DNA of 64,000 nucleotides from Deltaproteobacteria bacterium (GCA_947488865.1 CANLCB010000001.1:6691-70690); one strand, 5' to 3'. Shown: positions 18,900-29,021, numbered from the stretch's first letter. Numbers and translations are program-made. Notes: generated from the sequence alone by a model not told the origin.

Positions 18900-20072
18900 T
18901 TGCGGTTGGGAATAGAAATGTCAGCAGTCCTCAAACTCGTTCAAGCCCCCCAGTTCTCAGAGCAGGTCGATGTCGACCCTGCTGGTTATTCGCGCAACGG
19001 GCACTCCCTCCAGACCGCGCTTTCTTATGCGCATCTCTGGCAGGCTCCAGTTACTCGATATGTGGTTGAGCGCTTCTCCGCTAAGGGAGACGTTGTTCTT
19101 GATGTGTCGTGTGCGTCGGGCTCTGTTGGTGTTGAGTGCGCTCTCCTCGGGCGACACTTTCAAGGGTGTGTCGAGGATCCAGCGCTTGTAAAGCTTGCGA
19201 GAGCTCGTCTCTCTCCGGCTGATATCGCCGAAGTTGTCCTTCGCCTTCAGTTCATTAATTTCAAGCGACCGGTTGACGTTCGCCAGTTTCAGAATCCGTT
19301 TCCTCTTTACTTCGATGTCGATACGTTTTGCGAGCTGATGAATGTTCGAAGCGCGGTGCGAAATGGAAAGAGCAACGTCGACACATTTATTGAGTTGATA
19401 GTCGCTTCGATCATTCATGGTCACACAGTGGCTCATTTGTCTGGATATTCGTCGCCGCAAGCGGCAACTACTCCAACTGAGCAAGCGGCTCTTAATAGGA
19501 AGCGTGGAGAGGTTCCTTCGTATCGCGCTGTCAGTCCTCGAATCATTAAGAAGGCTGCCGCGTTACTCCGTGACGGAATCCCAGGAGCTCTTCAATCCCG
19601 GGATCTTGAGCGTTCGGTGTTCCAAGCGCCTTCCTACAATATGCCGTCGGTGCGAACGAATTCTGTCAATCTAGCTCTCGTGTGTCCTGAGCAACCAGGT
19701 TCGGCCTACTCTGAGGGGGTGCGGTCGTGGTTGCGGTCGTGGTGGTTGGGGGTTGAGCCATTCCATTCCACACGCGAGATATCGTCTCAGGCCGATTGGA
19801 GTGATTACGCTAACGAGACTTTGCTCGAAACCGCGCGAGTGGTTCGTAAGGGTGGGCGAGCGGTTGTGCGAGTTGGTCGAGGTCGTCTCGGCACGAAGCC
19901 AGTGGCCTTCAAGGATGAACTCGAGCACGTTTTGAAGACCTGTCTCTCTCAATATTGGACCGTAGAAGGCACTATTGTTGAGCGATACGCTAAGAGCGCT
20001 GGCCTGTTGAAAGGCGGCTCCAAGACCGCTGGCGATGTGGCCGCAGAGCTGGTTGTCCTTCGTCGCAAATAG
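18900..20072 (+). CDS. putative SAM-dependent methyltransferase-like protein (divergent; motif I 'VLDVSCASGSVGVECALLGR' of the UPF0020/N6-N4 MTase type, no clear DPPY)
   Basis: 390 aa; motif I plus acidic post-I 'VEDP'; C-terminal 'VVRKGGRAVVRVG'. Confidence 0.4.
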   Translation: MRLGIEMSAVLKLVQAPQFSEQVDVDPAGYSRNGHSLQTALSYAHLWQAPVTRYVVERFSAKGDVVLDVSCASGSVGVECALLGRHFQGCVEDPALVKLARARLSPADIAEVVLRLQFINFKRPVDVRQFQNPFPLYFDVDTFCELMNVRSAVRNGKSNVDTFIELIVASIIHGHTVAHLSGYSSPQAATTPTEQAALNRKRGEVPSYRAVSPRIIKKAAALLRDGIPGALQSRDLERSVFQAPSYNMPSVRTNSVNLALVCPEQPGSAYSEGVRSWLRSWWLGVEPFHSTREISSQADWSDYANETLLETARVVRKGGRAVVRVGRGRLGTKPVAFKDELEHVLKTCLSQYWTVEGTIVERYAKSAGLLKGGSKTAGDVAAELVVLRRK

Positions 20073-20206
20073 GCGACCTGTAATCAATAATTTAAGGAGT
20101 TGGTGGAGGTAAAAGGCCCCATTTCCTAACCTTTTTGCCTCATCCGTCCGACCCCCATGGTCAGTAAGTCTGAAGATGGGAGGGACTTACGGGGGGATAG
20201 GTATTC

Positions 20207-21658
20207 ATGACGGTTGGCGGATCCGCACAGATAGTCCCGCGTGCTTTGATCAGTGGCATCTCCTCCGGTGTGGGCAAGTCGCTCATCATGACCGGGTTAA
20301 TCGCTCATATGCGTAAGCAAGGCATTTCCGCCTCATGCTGTGTGGTTGGCTCCGCCCTGCATCAAGGACTAGTCTACAATCGCTTGTGTCGGCGATACAG
20401 TCACACCATCGATCGAGAAGTTCTGGACGCGGACGCGATATTTCGAACACTAGCCCACGCTCAGATCGGCGCGGATATTTTGCTTATAGATGGGCGTGGT
20501 GGATTGTATGACGGCATCAACCCCGGAGATCTCTTCGCCTCAGACGCGGACCTTGCCGCGTTGACTAAGACACCTTTGATTGTTGTCGCCGATGTAAAAG
20601 GATTTTCGAGCAGTCTGGCGGCCTTAATTAAGGGGTACGTTGAGTTCGACTCTCGCAACGAGATCAGAGCGCTGATAGCGAACCGAGTTCATGTTCCACA
20701 TGCGGACGCGCTCGGGATTAAAAACCCCGAAGTAGTCGCGTTTAACGAGAATATGAAGTTGTACGGATTGCCAGGGTTCATCGGTGGGTTGCCAATCGCG
20801 GATTTTGAGGCTCCTATTCCTCCGAGCATATGCAGCCAACGCGAGAACGTTACGTCAATCGCGCGTGATTTTTTTCTTGATATCGCGAGTCTCGTGGCTC
20901 AACACATCGATATCGACGCGATTATGGCGATCGCCTCGACCGCGGAGCCGATTGATGTTCCGTCTCGGGATGAAGTTACCTCGCTGCGAAATTGTCGCAT
21001 CGCTATTAGTGATGATACCTGCTTTAGCACCGGATATCAGGACAATCTCGCGTGGCTTAGTTATCTTGGCGCAGAGCTGGTTCCGTTCTCACCGCTCGCT
21101 GATGTGGATATTCCAAAAAAAGTCGGAGGGATCTACCTGACTGGAGCCTTCCTTCAAACATACGGAGAGGAGCTAGCTCAGAACGAGAGTATCCGAGCGG
21201 CTATTCGCTCCTTCGCGGAGCGCGGAGGGGTGGTCTTCTCAGAGGGAGCTGGTACGGCATTTTTGTGTCGGGCCTACCGACGAGAGAGTGGAGGCTCTCC
21301 ACTCCCTGGAGTAGGTATCATCCCCGCCGAGGCGGTTCCGTTGCCTCTGCAGCAAACTCCTATTACTGCCTCAGGGGTGGAGGACACTGTCCTTGGGGGC
21401 CCAGGAACTGTCGTTAAGGGGATCTCGACAGGCGAATGGGGTATGCCCGGCCTGATGCAAGGGGGCGAGGGGGCTCTCCTTAGAGCGATGCGCGTTGTGA
21501 CACCCGAGGGGAAGCAGCTCAGTGAGATATATTCGCCCACAGCCCAGTCTGTAAGTACCTTCCATTTCCTCCATTTTGGCTCAAATCCTGAGGTCGCTAA
21601 GGCCCTTGTGCGCGCGGCTACAGTGCTTCCTCCCAAGCTCTCTGAGTCGGAGGATTGA
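20207..21658 (+). CDS. CbiA/CobB-family glutamine amidotransferase (cobyrinic acid a,c-diamide synthase-like)
   Basis: 483 aa; N-terminal P-loop 'SGISSGVGKS', central 'RIAISDDTCFSTGYQDNL...ELVPFSPL', GATase region with 'GAGTAFLC' catalytic Cys context. Confidence 0.7.
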   Translation: MTVGGSAQIVPRALISGISSGVGKSLIMTGLIAHMRKQGISASCCVVGSALHQGLVYNRLCRRYSHTIDREVLDADAIFRTLAHAQIGADILLIDGRGGLYDGINPGDLFASDADLAALTKTPLIVVADVKGFSSSLAALIKGYVEFDSRNEIRALIANRVHVPHADALGIKNPEVVAFNENMKLYGLPGFIGGLPIADFEAPIPPSICSQRENVTSIARDFFLDIASLVAQHIDIDAIMAIASTAEPIDVPSRDEVTSLRNCRIAISDDTCFSTGYQDNLAWLSYLGAELVPFSPLADVDIPKKVGGIYLTGAFLQTYGEELAQNESIRAAIRSFAERGGVVFSEGAGTAFLCRAYRRESGGSPLPGVGIIPAEAVPLPLQQTPITASGVEDTVLGGPGTVVKGISTGEWGMPGLMQGGEGALLRAMRVVTPEGKQLSEIYSPTAQSVSTFHFLHFGSNPEVAKALVRAATVLPPKLSESED

Positions 21659-21715
21659 TTTTTTGACCGTTCCCTATGAAATTTCGGGGAAAACCGTGTA
21701 GGCTACAGGAGTTGT

Positions 21716-23407
21716 ATGCCTAATCTTGTATCTGGAAATACTAAAGGACTCGCCCAGTCAGAGATTCGAGCCGTGGCGAAGCTGTTCCAACGTTCGGTCT
21801 CTGCCGATGAGATCGTGTCGCTTGAGCTGGCCAGAGAGATGTGTTTTCTGGGCGAGCAGCTTCGACGGCGAGTCGGTGTCCTGATAAACCGGCAGGGGCG
21901 CATCCAAGAAGTGATTCTTGGAACGAAAGAGATCCTCTTCCTCCCTGATTTGGGACGTTACCGCCTCGGACGTTCTCGACTTCGAAATCTTCGCTTAGTG
22001 TTCACTGACCTCTCGAACAACGCCAGCGAAGCGTCCATTCCGTATGATATTTACACCGACCTGGAGCGATTGCGTTTTGACTCAGTGATTGGATTGCGGA
22101 GCGCGCGCAATCGAGTGTCGATGGCGTACGCGTATTTGATTCCCGCCGATGGGTTAGAGAACGCCACAACACATACAGAGGTTGTTAGTGATCTTGGCGC
22201 GTTTGAACTCGATTATCGTGAGTTCCTTGATTCGGTGGAGCGGAACCTATTGTCCGAAGTGGCTCGCTTAGACACCGATGACGCTATAGGCGCTGTGATT
22301 GTTGGCGTATACGACAAGCCCGAAGACGATCCTCAGGTCTCGCAAATGGAACTTCGAGAGCTCGCTCGTACCGCGGGCGTTACCATTGTGGACGCGATAA
22401 CTCAGAAGCGTCGCGCCGATCCAAAGACCTATGTAGGAAGTGGTAAGCTTGAAGAGTTGGTTATCCGATGTATTCGCGTCGGCGCGGATATGCTGATCTT
22501 CGATACTGAGCTAAAGCCCTCTCAATGGCGCGCTATCACGAACTCTACGGAGTTGAAGGTCATTGACAGAAGTATGCTCATTCTCGACATCTTCGCGCAG
22601 CGAGCGCAGAGCAGTGAAGGTCGTCTTCAGGTCGAGTTGGCGCAGCTCAAATACAATCTTCCTAGGCTTGTCGATCAAGATAGTGGTCTCTCTCGTTTGA
22701 GCGGAGGCATCGGAGGGCGAGGCCCCGGAGAAACAAAACTTGAAATTGGTCGCCGGCGCATTCGAGATAAGATTGCCGAGCTGGAGCACAAAATTGAAAA
22801 GGTTCGCGGCGCGCGTGATTTTCGCCGCAGTCGGCGGCGTGAAAATCAGCTTCAGTTGGTTTCCGTTGTGGGATACACGAACGTCGGTAAATCGACTCTC
22901 TTCAACGTGCTCACGGGAAGTGCTGTTACCGCCGAAAATAAACTTTTCGCCACATTAGATCCGAGCCAGCGTCGGTTGTTCCTTCCAACCGAGGTGAATG
23001 ATGAGACAGGTTCGATGGGGCGGACTGTTATTCTAAGTGACACGGTAGGATTCATTCGCAAACTTCCGAAAGAATTAGAGACGGCATTCCGCGCTACCTT
23101 GGAGGAGCTCTACGAAGCGGCGCTTCTCGTGCATGTTGTTGACGCTTCAGACAAGGACGCTCTCGGTAAATACGCCGCGGTAAGGCGGATTCTTGAGCAG
23201 ATGGAGTTGTCCAACACTCCAGAGCTTGTAGTGCTAAACAAGATAGACGCGGCCGATCCACAATGGGTGGAGTCTCTGCGTTTGGAGCTTCAGGGGGTAC
23301 CTGTTTCCGCCGCTAAGCGAATCGGAATGGGGGAGCTTCTCTCTGTTATTGAAAAACGTGTCACGCCTGCCCCTTCGTCACCGGCCACGCCCTCTCTTGA
23401 TTGTTAA
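21716..23407 (+). CDS. hflX: GTPase HflX
   Basis: 563 aa; HflX N-domain then G-domain 'GYTNVGKSTL', 'DTVGF', 'NKID'. Confidence 0.85.
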   Translation: MPNLVSGNTKGLAQSEIRAVAKLFQRSVSADEIVSLELAREMCFLGEQLRRRVGVLINRQGRIQEVILGTKEILFLPDLGRYRLGRSRLRNLRLVFTDLSNNASEASIPYDIYTDLERLRFDSVIGLRSARNRVSMAYAYLIPADGLENATTHTEVVSDLGAFELDYREFLDSVERNLLSEVARLDTDDAIGAVIVGVYDKPEDDPQVSQMELRELARTAGVTIVDAITQKRRADPKTYVGSGKLEELVIRCIRVGADMLIFDTELKPSQWRAITNSTELKVIDRSMLILDIFAQRAQSSEGRLQVELAQLKYNLPRLVDQDSGLSRLSGGIGGRGPGETKLEIGRRRIRDKIAELEHKIEKVRGARDFRRSRRRENQLQLVSVVGYTNVGKSTLFNVLTGSAVTAENKLFATLDPSQRRLFLPTEVNDETGSMGRTVILSDTVGFIRKLPKELETAFRATLEELYEAALLVHVVDASDKDALGKYAAVRRILEQMELSNTPELVVLNKIDAADPQWVESLRLELQGVPVSAAKRIGMGELLSVIEKRVTPAPSSPATPSLDC

Positions 23408-23429
23408 CGACGCGACTCACTAGGTGAGC

Positions 23430-24203
23430 TTAAAAATTGACGGTTAATCCGTCATACCCAAGCTCGATTCCCTTTGGAAGTTTCGCGTTCGTCTCGTCGT
23501 AGTCGATCGTATGCGTGGTGTGGATGATGTACGTTTGCTCGGCGTGAAGCTTCTGAGCAATCTCCACAGCCTGAGGGATCGTGATGTGAGTGTTGTGCGG
23601 CTCGTATCGAAGCCCGTCAATGAAGAGATATTTGACTCCCGCGAGAATTTCCATCGCTCTATCGGAGATTTTGTTGAAGTCAGTCGCGTACCCCAAATCC
23701 CCCAAGCGGAATCCTGTAACGGTCATGCCACCGTGCTGAAGAGGAAAAAACGAGAAGGTATTTCCTTCAATCTCTCCCGAAGCGTCGTTGTCGATCACAT
23801 GGGGATCGAGCTGCGCGACCATCCCGCCCTCATAGCCCGCGCGGGGTTGGAAGATGTATGAGAAGGCGCTGGTAATCGGATCGAGAGTTTCTTGAGTTCC
23901 GTAGCAGGAGATCCGGCGACGCGATACGAAGTTGAACGAACGAAGATCGTCCGTACCAAGGATATGGTCGGCGTGCGCGTGAGTGAAAAGAACCGAGTCT
24001 ACTCGTTCAACTTTATGTTTGAGAGCTTGGTATCGTAGGTCCGGCCCGGCGTCGATGAGAATCACTCGTCCATCATCGAGCGTAATACACCCCGACGTCC
24101 TATCGCGGTGATTCTTCGGATTCCCGGAAGCGCACACCTTGCAGGAGCAGCCAGGGAGTGGAACTCCAGTGGAGGTACCGCAGCCAAGCAGAGTAAACTT
24201 CAT
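23430..24203 (-). CDS. MBL-fold metallo-hydrolase (PhnP-like)
   Basis: start at MKFTLLGCG; 'HAHADH' metal-binding motif. Confidence 0.75.
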   Translation of the reverse strand: MKFTLLGCGTSTGVPLPGCSCKVCASGNPKNHRDRTSGCITLDDGRVILIDAGPDLRYQALKHKVERVDSVLFTHAHADHILGTDDLRSFNFVSRRRISCYGTQETLDPITSAFSYIFQPRAGYEGGMVAQLDPHVIDNDASGEIEGNTFSFFPLQHGGMTVTGFRLGDLGYATDFNKISDRAMEILAGVKYLFIDGLRYEPHNTHITIPQAVEIAQKLHAEQTYIIHTTHTIDYDETNAKLPKGIELGYDGLTVNF

Positions 24204-24391
24204 GGTATCTTTCTCATTGTCGAGGCTCATAATCATTCGGGCCATCGGTTGATGGTACCGTAGCAAGAGCGGGCAAAGTTCGCTACTCTCGCGATAAGGT
24301 GTCAAACGGAGACCTTGAAAGGAAACCCTCCCGGTGTGATATTATTGAGCTTAGCAGGGTGCTCCGAAGGGTAATTTCCTGAGACGCGTGA

Positions 24392-24835
24392 GTGAGGCAG
24401 ATGACGAACCACGAAGATAACGAAGAGAAAAAGACATTTCAGGTCGTTGACCGTCGAAGGTTTGATTCCGCTGGTAATTCAAAAGCCGAGAGTATCTCAA
24501 CCGCGACGGTCCCAATCGGCTCCGAGTCGCCTGCGGCCGCAACAGAAAAAAAAACCAGTTCTCGTGAGTTTCATATGGAATCCTCAAAGCCAACCGAATC
24601 CCAAGTAAACTTCTCGTCGTTTGTTATGTCGCTCGCCACGCAAGCTATGGTGCAGCTTGGGCAGATGTCCCCGCCGCCTGGATTTGATATCCCCGTCGAT
24701 AAAGAGGCAGGACGAGGAACCATAGATATTCTGTCGATGTTGCAACAAAAGACGGTAGGCAATCTCTCAAATGAGGAAGCCAAACTTCTCGAGGAAATTC
24801 TTCACTCCTTACGAGTCGCTTACGTTCGGAAGTAG
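24392..24835 (+). CDS. hypothetical protein (DUF1844-like, 'FSSFVMSLATQAMVQLG' motif)
   Basis: 147 aa; conserved motif recalled from DUF1844 family; start uncertain. Confidence 0.45.
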   Translation: MRQMTNHEDNEEKKTFQVVDRRRFDSAGNSKAESISTATVPIGSESPAAATEKKTSSREFHMESSKPTESQVNFSSFVMSLATQAMVQLGQMSPPPGFDIPVDKEAGRGTIDILSMLQQKTVGNLSNEEAKLLEEILHSLRVAYVRK

Positions 24836-25102
24836 GGGGCTCCCCTCTTTTGAGGACTTGAGCCGCTGTCTGCCTACCCCCGACGCTCTTTTGCCGGAAA
24901 AAGTTGCCCCTTTTTTGACCCGCCTCTAACGGTTCTATGACAGCCGTGTCGGGATTTCATACACCCTATAGGGGGTGGTCTGTGTAACTTGTTGGTTTGA
25001 CTAGTCGCATCCTTTTTATAACTGGCTGCATCGTGGTGGGTCATACGATGGCCCACTTTTCGCATCCTGAAAGGCAGTTGTTGCATCAGGCCGGTTTGCC
25101 TG

Positions 25103-25762
25103 ATGGCTGTCTGGAGGATTGCTGGTATGCTGACATCAAAGAAGAGTGACCTTGAGTTGATCTTGGAGTTTCAGAAGGGTGATCAACGGAGCTTCGAGGA
25201 GCTCATCTCCCGGTACAGTACTAAAGTACATAGTCTCGCCTCCCGACTCACCCGCAATACCGAAGACGCTGAAGAGGTTCTTCAGGATGTTTTCGTAACA
25301 GTTCACCGGAAAATCGGTGGGTTTGAGGGCAAGTCGTCGTTTTCCAGCTGGCTTTACCGTGTCACGGTAAACGCGGCGTTCATGAAATTGCGCAAGCGTA
25401 AGCAAGACCAGACCGTTCCCCTTGAGGAGCTGGTTCAGCAGGCTCAGGTCGTTCCCGCGCTGAAAAGTCCTGAGAGTTCCTTTGTAGATTCTCAGAGCAT
25501 TCGAAACGAGATGCTTGAAGCGCTCGAGGCGGCGATTCGCAAACTTCCAGATGATTACAGGCCTGTTTTTATCCTGCGTGATGTTGATGGATTGACGAGT
25601 AGGGAGGTGAGCAAGATTTTGGACCTCACTGTCCCAGCTGTTAAGTCGCGACTTCACCGTTCGCGCCTCATGTTGCGCCGCAGGCTCAGTCGCTTCTTTG
25701 TCGATCAGCGCCCAGCGGTTCAGATGGAAGAACTCGATATTGCGGCAGTAAACGGTAAGTAG
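25103..25762 (+). CDS. ECF (sigma-70 family group 4) RNA polymerase sigma factor
   Basis: regions 2 and 4: 'FEELISRYSTKVHSLASRLT', 'DVDGLTSREVSKILDLTVPAVKSRLHRSR'. Confidence 0.85.
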   Translation: MAVWRIAGMLTSKKSDLELILEFQKGDQRSFEELISRYSTKVHSLASRLTRNTEDAEEVLQDVFVTVHRKIGGFEGKSSFSSWLYRVTVNAAFMKLRKRKQDQTVPLEELVQQAQVVPALKSPESSFVDSQSIRNEMLEALEAAIRKLPDDYRPVFILRDVDGLTSREVSKILDLTVPAVKSRLHRSRLMLRRRLSRFFVDQRPAVQMEELDIAAVNGK

Positions 25763-25865
25763 CCGACATCTAGAGTACTTACGAGACGGGTTTTGGAGGG
25801 ATTCCTCTCCAAAACCCGTCTTCATGCACTTTCCCAACCATTCTCGGCCGGTGTAGTCTGCCCCC

Positions 25866-26750
25866 ATGATTAGGTGGCCTGCTCGAGCATTCACGGTTAT
25901 AGCTCTCCTGCTAGTTGGGGCTTTTAGCGCCTGTTCCTCTGAGGACGCGGCTCCGCCATCCCTTCCAATAACCGAGTCTACTCTTGCGCGGGGAAAGGTA
26001 ATCGCCGAGGGGTTCGGTTCGTGTGGATTTTGTCATGCTGGCCAGGGAGCTCCTGGGCAGTCGCTCGCGGGTGGACGGGTCTTTGTGGATTTTTATGGAG
26101 AGGTCCAGCCCTCCAACATTACTCGCTCTTCCACGGGCATCGGTGGATGGAGTGAGCAAGATCTCAGAAAGATTTTCCGCGCCAACACACGACCGGATGG
26201 GAGCCTTCTTTACTCGCCTCTTCATCGAGGATTTGAATGGATGTCAGAGAGCGATGTCACCGCGGTGGCGGTTTATGTTCGCTCCCTAGCGGGAGTTGAC
26301 AATACCGTGGAGCGTCGAGAGCCTTCGTTCATTAATCGGAATGTATTTGGTTTCTTCATGACCAAATCTGAGGTTCAGGGGTATGTGCCTCAGATATCGC
26401 CCTCCTTTAAAACTGAGTATGGGCAGTATGTGGTGGACAACATCGCTCGGTGCGCCGTATGTCATTCAAAACCAGGTGGATTATTAGACGTCGGTGATTA
26501 TTTAGGCGGAGGTCAAGAGATCTCGATTAATGGCGTGACCAAGATTGCCCCGAACATTACCTCCTCGAAATCCTCGGGGATTGGCTCCTGGTCAGTTGAG
26601 CAACTTAGGCATTTCTTGATGACTGGTTCGACAGCGGACGGAAAAAAGATCGATTCGTCATTCTGTCCAGTGGAGTTCTACAGGAACGCTCCATCCGATG
26701 AAATCGAGGTAGTCGTAAGTTATCTACGCTCTGTCGCGGCTATTGAGTAG
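25866..26750 (+). CDS. di-heme c-type cytochrome lipoprotein
   Basis: lipobox 'GAFSAC'; two CxxCH sites (CGFCH, CAVCH). Confidence 0.75.
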   Translation: MIRWPARAFTVIALLLVGAFSACSSEDAAPPSLPITESTLARGKVIAEGFGSCGFCHAGQGAPGQSLAGGRVFVDFYGEVQPSNITRSSTGIGGWSEQDLRKIFRANTRPDGSLLYSPLHRGFEWMSESDVTAVAVYVRSLAGVDNTVERREPSFINRNVFGFFMTKSEVQGYVPQISPSFKTEYGQYVVDNIARCAVCHSKPGGLLDVGDYLGGGQEISINGVTKIAPNITSSKSSGIGSWSVEQLRHFLMTGSTADGKKIDSSFCPVEFYRNAPSDEIEVVVSYLRSVAAIE

Positions 26751-26763
26751 GGGCGTAGAGACG

Positions 26764-27798
26764 ATGTTGATCCTGGGAGTTGAGACAAGTTGTGATGAGA
26801 CCGGCCTGGCCATCCTTGATTGGGACGGCGATGGTAACGTTTCGATTAAGGGCGAAGTTCTCGCGTCGCAGGTATCCCTTCATGAAAAATATGGTGGAGT
26901 TGTTCCAGAGCTGGCTTCTCGAGAACATATGCGAAGCTTGCCGCTCTTGTGCGAGGAGCTATTCGCCAGAACAGGGCTTTCGTTAACTGACATAAGTGGG
27001 ATCGGAGTGACGTGCGGCCCGGGACTCAAAGGCTGCCTCTTGATGGGGATTACCTTCGCCCAGGGACTCGCTCTTCCCCGAAATATCCCAGTTTTTCCAG
27101 TCAATCATATCGAAGGGCACATCCTCTCTGGCGAGCTTCATGAGCCATCGTTGAAGCCTCCGTACATTACCCTTGTTGTATCTGGTGGGCACACTGAGAT
27201 CGTGTTGGTGGAAGGGCTTGGTAAGTACACATGTCTTTGTCGCACTCGCGATGACGCCGCTGGAGAGGCATTCGACAAGTCCGCGAACCTTCTGGAGCTT
27301 CAATATCCTGGTGGGCCGCGGCTCGCCGCCCACGCCGATTCGGCGAACCCCTCCAAGCGATTTACCCTTCCTCGAGTAGCCCGAGAAATGGATGATTTTA
27401 GCTTCTCAGGTTTGAAGACAGCGGTGTCATTGTTAATCAAGCGTAATCGCGAGGAGATATTCTCAAGTCCCGAGGTGTTCGCTGAAGTATGCTGGACGAT
27501 TCAAGACAGTATTGTGGACCCTCTGGTAACGAAGACCGCTAAAGAGGTTAAAGAGAGAAAGCTGCCGTTAGTGGTGTGTGGAGGTGTTTCAGCGAACAGC
27601 GCTCTTCGGCGGCGTCTTTCGGAGAAGTGTTCGCCGGTATATTTCCCACCGCTCAAGCACTGTGTCGATAACGGCGCGATGATCGCGTATGTCGCGGGGC
27701 GGTATCTTCAGGCGGGGGTCACGCCACCGAACATTGATATCTTCAGTCGATGGCCCGTTGAAACGCTCCGAGATTTTTATGGAGCACAGCATGGCTAA
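26764..27798 (+). CDS. tsaD: tRNA N6-adenosine threonylcarbamoyltransferase TsaD
   Basis: 'MLILGVETSCDETG' N-terminus, His-x-x-His metal site 'HIEGH'. Confidence 0.9.
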   Translation: MLILGVETSCDETGLAILDWDGDGNVSIKGEVLASQVSLHEKYGGVVPELASREHMRSLPLLCEELFARTGLSLTDISGIGVTCGPGLKGCLLMGITFAQGLALPRNIPVFPVNHIEGHILSGELHEPSLKPPYITLVVSGGHTEIVLVEGLGKYTCLCRTRDDAAGEAFDKSANLLELQYPGGPRLAAHADSANPSKRFTLPRVAREMDDFSFSGLKTAVSLLIKRNREEIFSSPEVFAEVCWTIQDSIVDPLVTKTAKEVKERKLPLVVCGGVSANSALRRRLSEKCSPVYFPPLKHCVDNGAMIAYVAGRYLQAGVTPPNIDIFSRWPVETLRDFYGAQHG

Positions 27799-28612
27799 AT
27801 TCAAGCGCCCAGAGCGTCAAAAAGATACGCTGAAAAATCTGAACGTTCGTCCGACAAAGGAACGAGGGCAGAACTTCCTGATAAATCCTGAGGTCCCTAG
27901 GTCCATCGTGGCTTTTGCCAACTTTCCCTCAGATGCCAAAGTCGTCGAGATCGGTCCTGGGACAGGAGCGCTGACAGAGCTGCTCTCAGGCTTCAGGGAT
28001 CTGACTCTTATCGAAATTGAGCCGAATTTTTGTGAGCACCTCGCGCAGAAATTTCCCCACGCGCGGATCGTGAACCAGGATGTGCGCGAGGTGGATCTCG
28101 CCGCGCTCGGGCAAGGCCTCCACGTATTCGGAAATATCCCGTACGTTTTTTCCTCAGAGATAGTTTTTCACCTGATCAAGCATAGAAGCGCGGTCTCTCA
28201 AGCGGTGATGATGACGCAAAAGGAGTTTGCTGAGCGTATCGCGGCCAACACCAGCACTCGCGCCTACGGAAGTATCTCTGTCTCCGCGCAGCTTTTTGCC
28301 GACATTGAGCTTGGGCCAATTGTGTCGGGGGATTCGTTCCATCCTCCAACCGAGGTTGAATCTCGGGTAATGAAATTAACCTTCCGAAATGAGCCTCGAG
28401 CGCATGTTCCCGATTACGACTTCTTTCAAGTAGTCGTTCGCGCTTCCTTCTCACAGCGTCGCAAGAAATTAATTAATAGCTTGATGTCTCAGGGACGGTG
28501 GTCGAAAGAGGTTGTCCTCGCGGCTTTAGAGAAAGCGGGGATATCGCCGGATGTACGGGCGGAGACTCTCTCGGTGGAGGCGTTCGCCGCGTTAACTGCC
28601 GCGCTCGCGTAA
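27791..28612 (+). CDS. rsmA: 16S rRNA (adenine1518/1519-N6)-dimethyltransferase RsmA/KsgA (8-nt overlap with tsaD)
   Basis: 'GQNFL', 'VVEIGPGTGALT', 'GNIPY' motifs. Confidence 0.9.
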   Translation: MAKFKRPERQKDTLKNLNVRPTKERGQNFLINPEVPRSIVAFANFPSDAKVVEIGPGTGALTELLSGFRDLTLIEIEPNFCEHLAQKFPHARIVNQDVREVDLAALGQGLHVFGNIPYVFSSEIVFHLIKHRSAVSQAVMMTQKEFAERIAANTSTRAYGSISVSAQLFADIELGPIVSGDSFHPPTEVESRVMKLTFRNEPRAHVPDYDFFQVVVRASFSQRRKKLINSLMSQGRWSKEVVLAALEKAGISPDVRAETLSVEAFAALTAALA

Positions 28613-28766
28613 GAACAGCGGCTGGGCGGTTGGCGGTTTAAGATCAAGCCGCTCTTCGCGACTTTATTTAAGCGAGTACAACGCGGAGGTCGTCAAAGTG
28701 ACGGATCCTCCGCGTCGATAGCTACACTTTCCGAGCTAGAAGCGCTCGGTAGTTCTCAGCGCGTGC

Positions 28767-29021
28767 TTATGAGGCAAGCTTTACCTGAGCGAGGTTTGGA
28801 GAAGTAAGCTTCTTTGCACCCTTGGAGCTAGCGAAGAAATCTTCAGGGATATCTCCAATCAGCTTCTCTACGGACTCGCGCTTAACACGCCAGTCAGAGC
28901 CAAGCTTAAATCCATCGATCGTACCAGCCTTAATAAGGTCGTAGACCTTTGGACGGTGAATACGAAGTAATTTAGCCACTTCCTTCACTGTCAAAAGAAG
29001 CGGTTGTGGTACCTGTGTCAT
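28767..29021 (-). CDS. small excisionase/MerR-like helix-turn-helix DNA-binding protein
   Basis: 'LTVKEVAKLLRIHRPKVYDLIKAGTIDGFKLG' HTH_17-type motif. Confidence 0.6.
   Translation of the reverse strand: MTQVPQPLLLTVKEVAKLLRIHRPKVYDLIKAGTIDGFKLGSDWRVKRESVEKLIGDIPEDFFASSKGAKKLTSPNLAQVKLAS

Noticed and set aside
19671-20087. 138-aa minus ORF and 175-aa minus ORF (18957-19484)
   Set aside because: Antisense to the methyltransferase-like gene.
20073-20206. Possible cobalamin riboswitch upstream of the CbiA-like gene
   Set aside because: Looked for the B12-box (rAGYCMGgAgaCCkGCc-like) and conserved GCCACUG; not present.
25136-25894. 252-aa minus-strand ORF
   Set aside because: Antisense to the well-supported ECF sigma gene; no family features.
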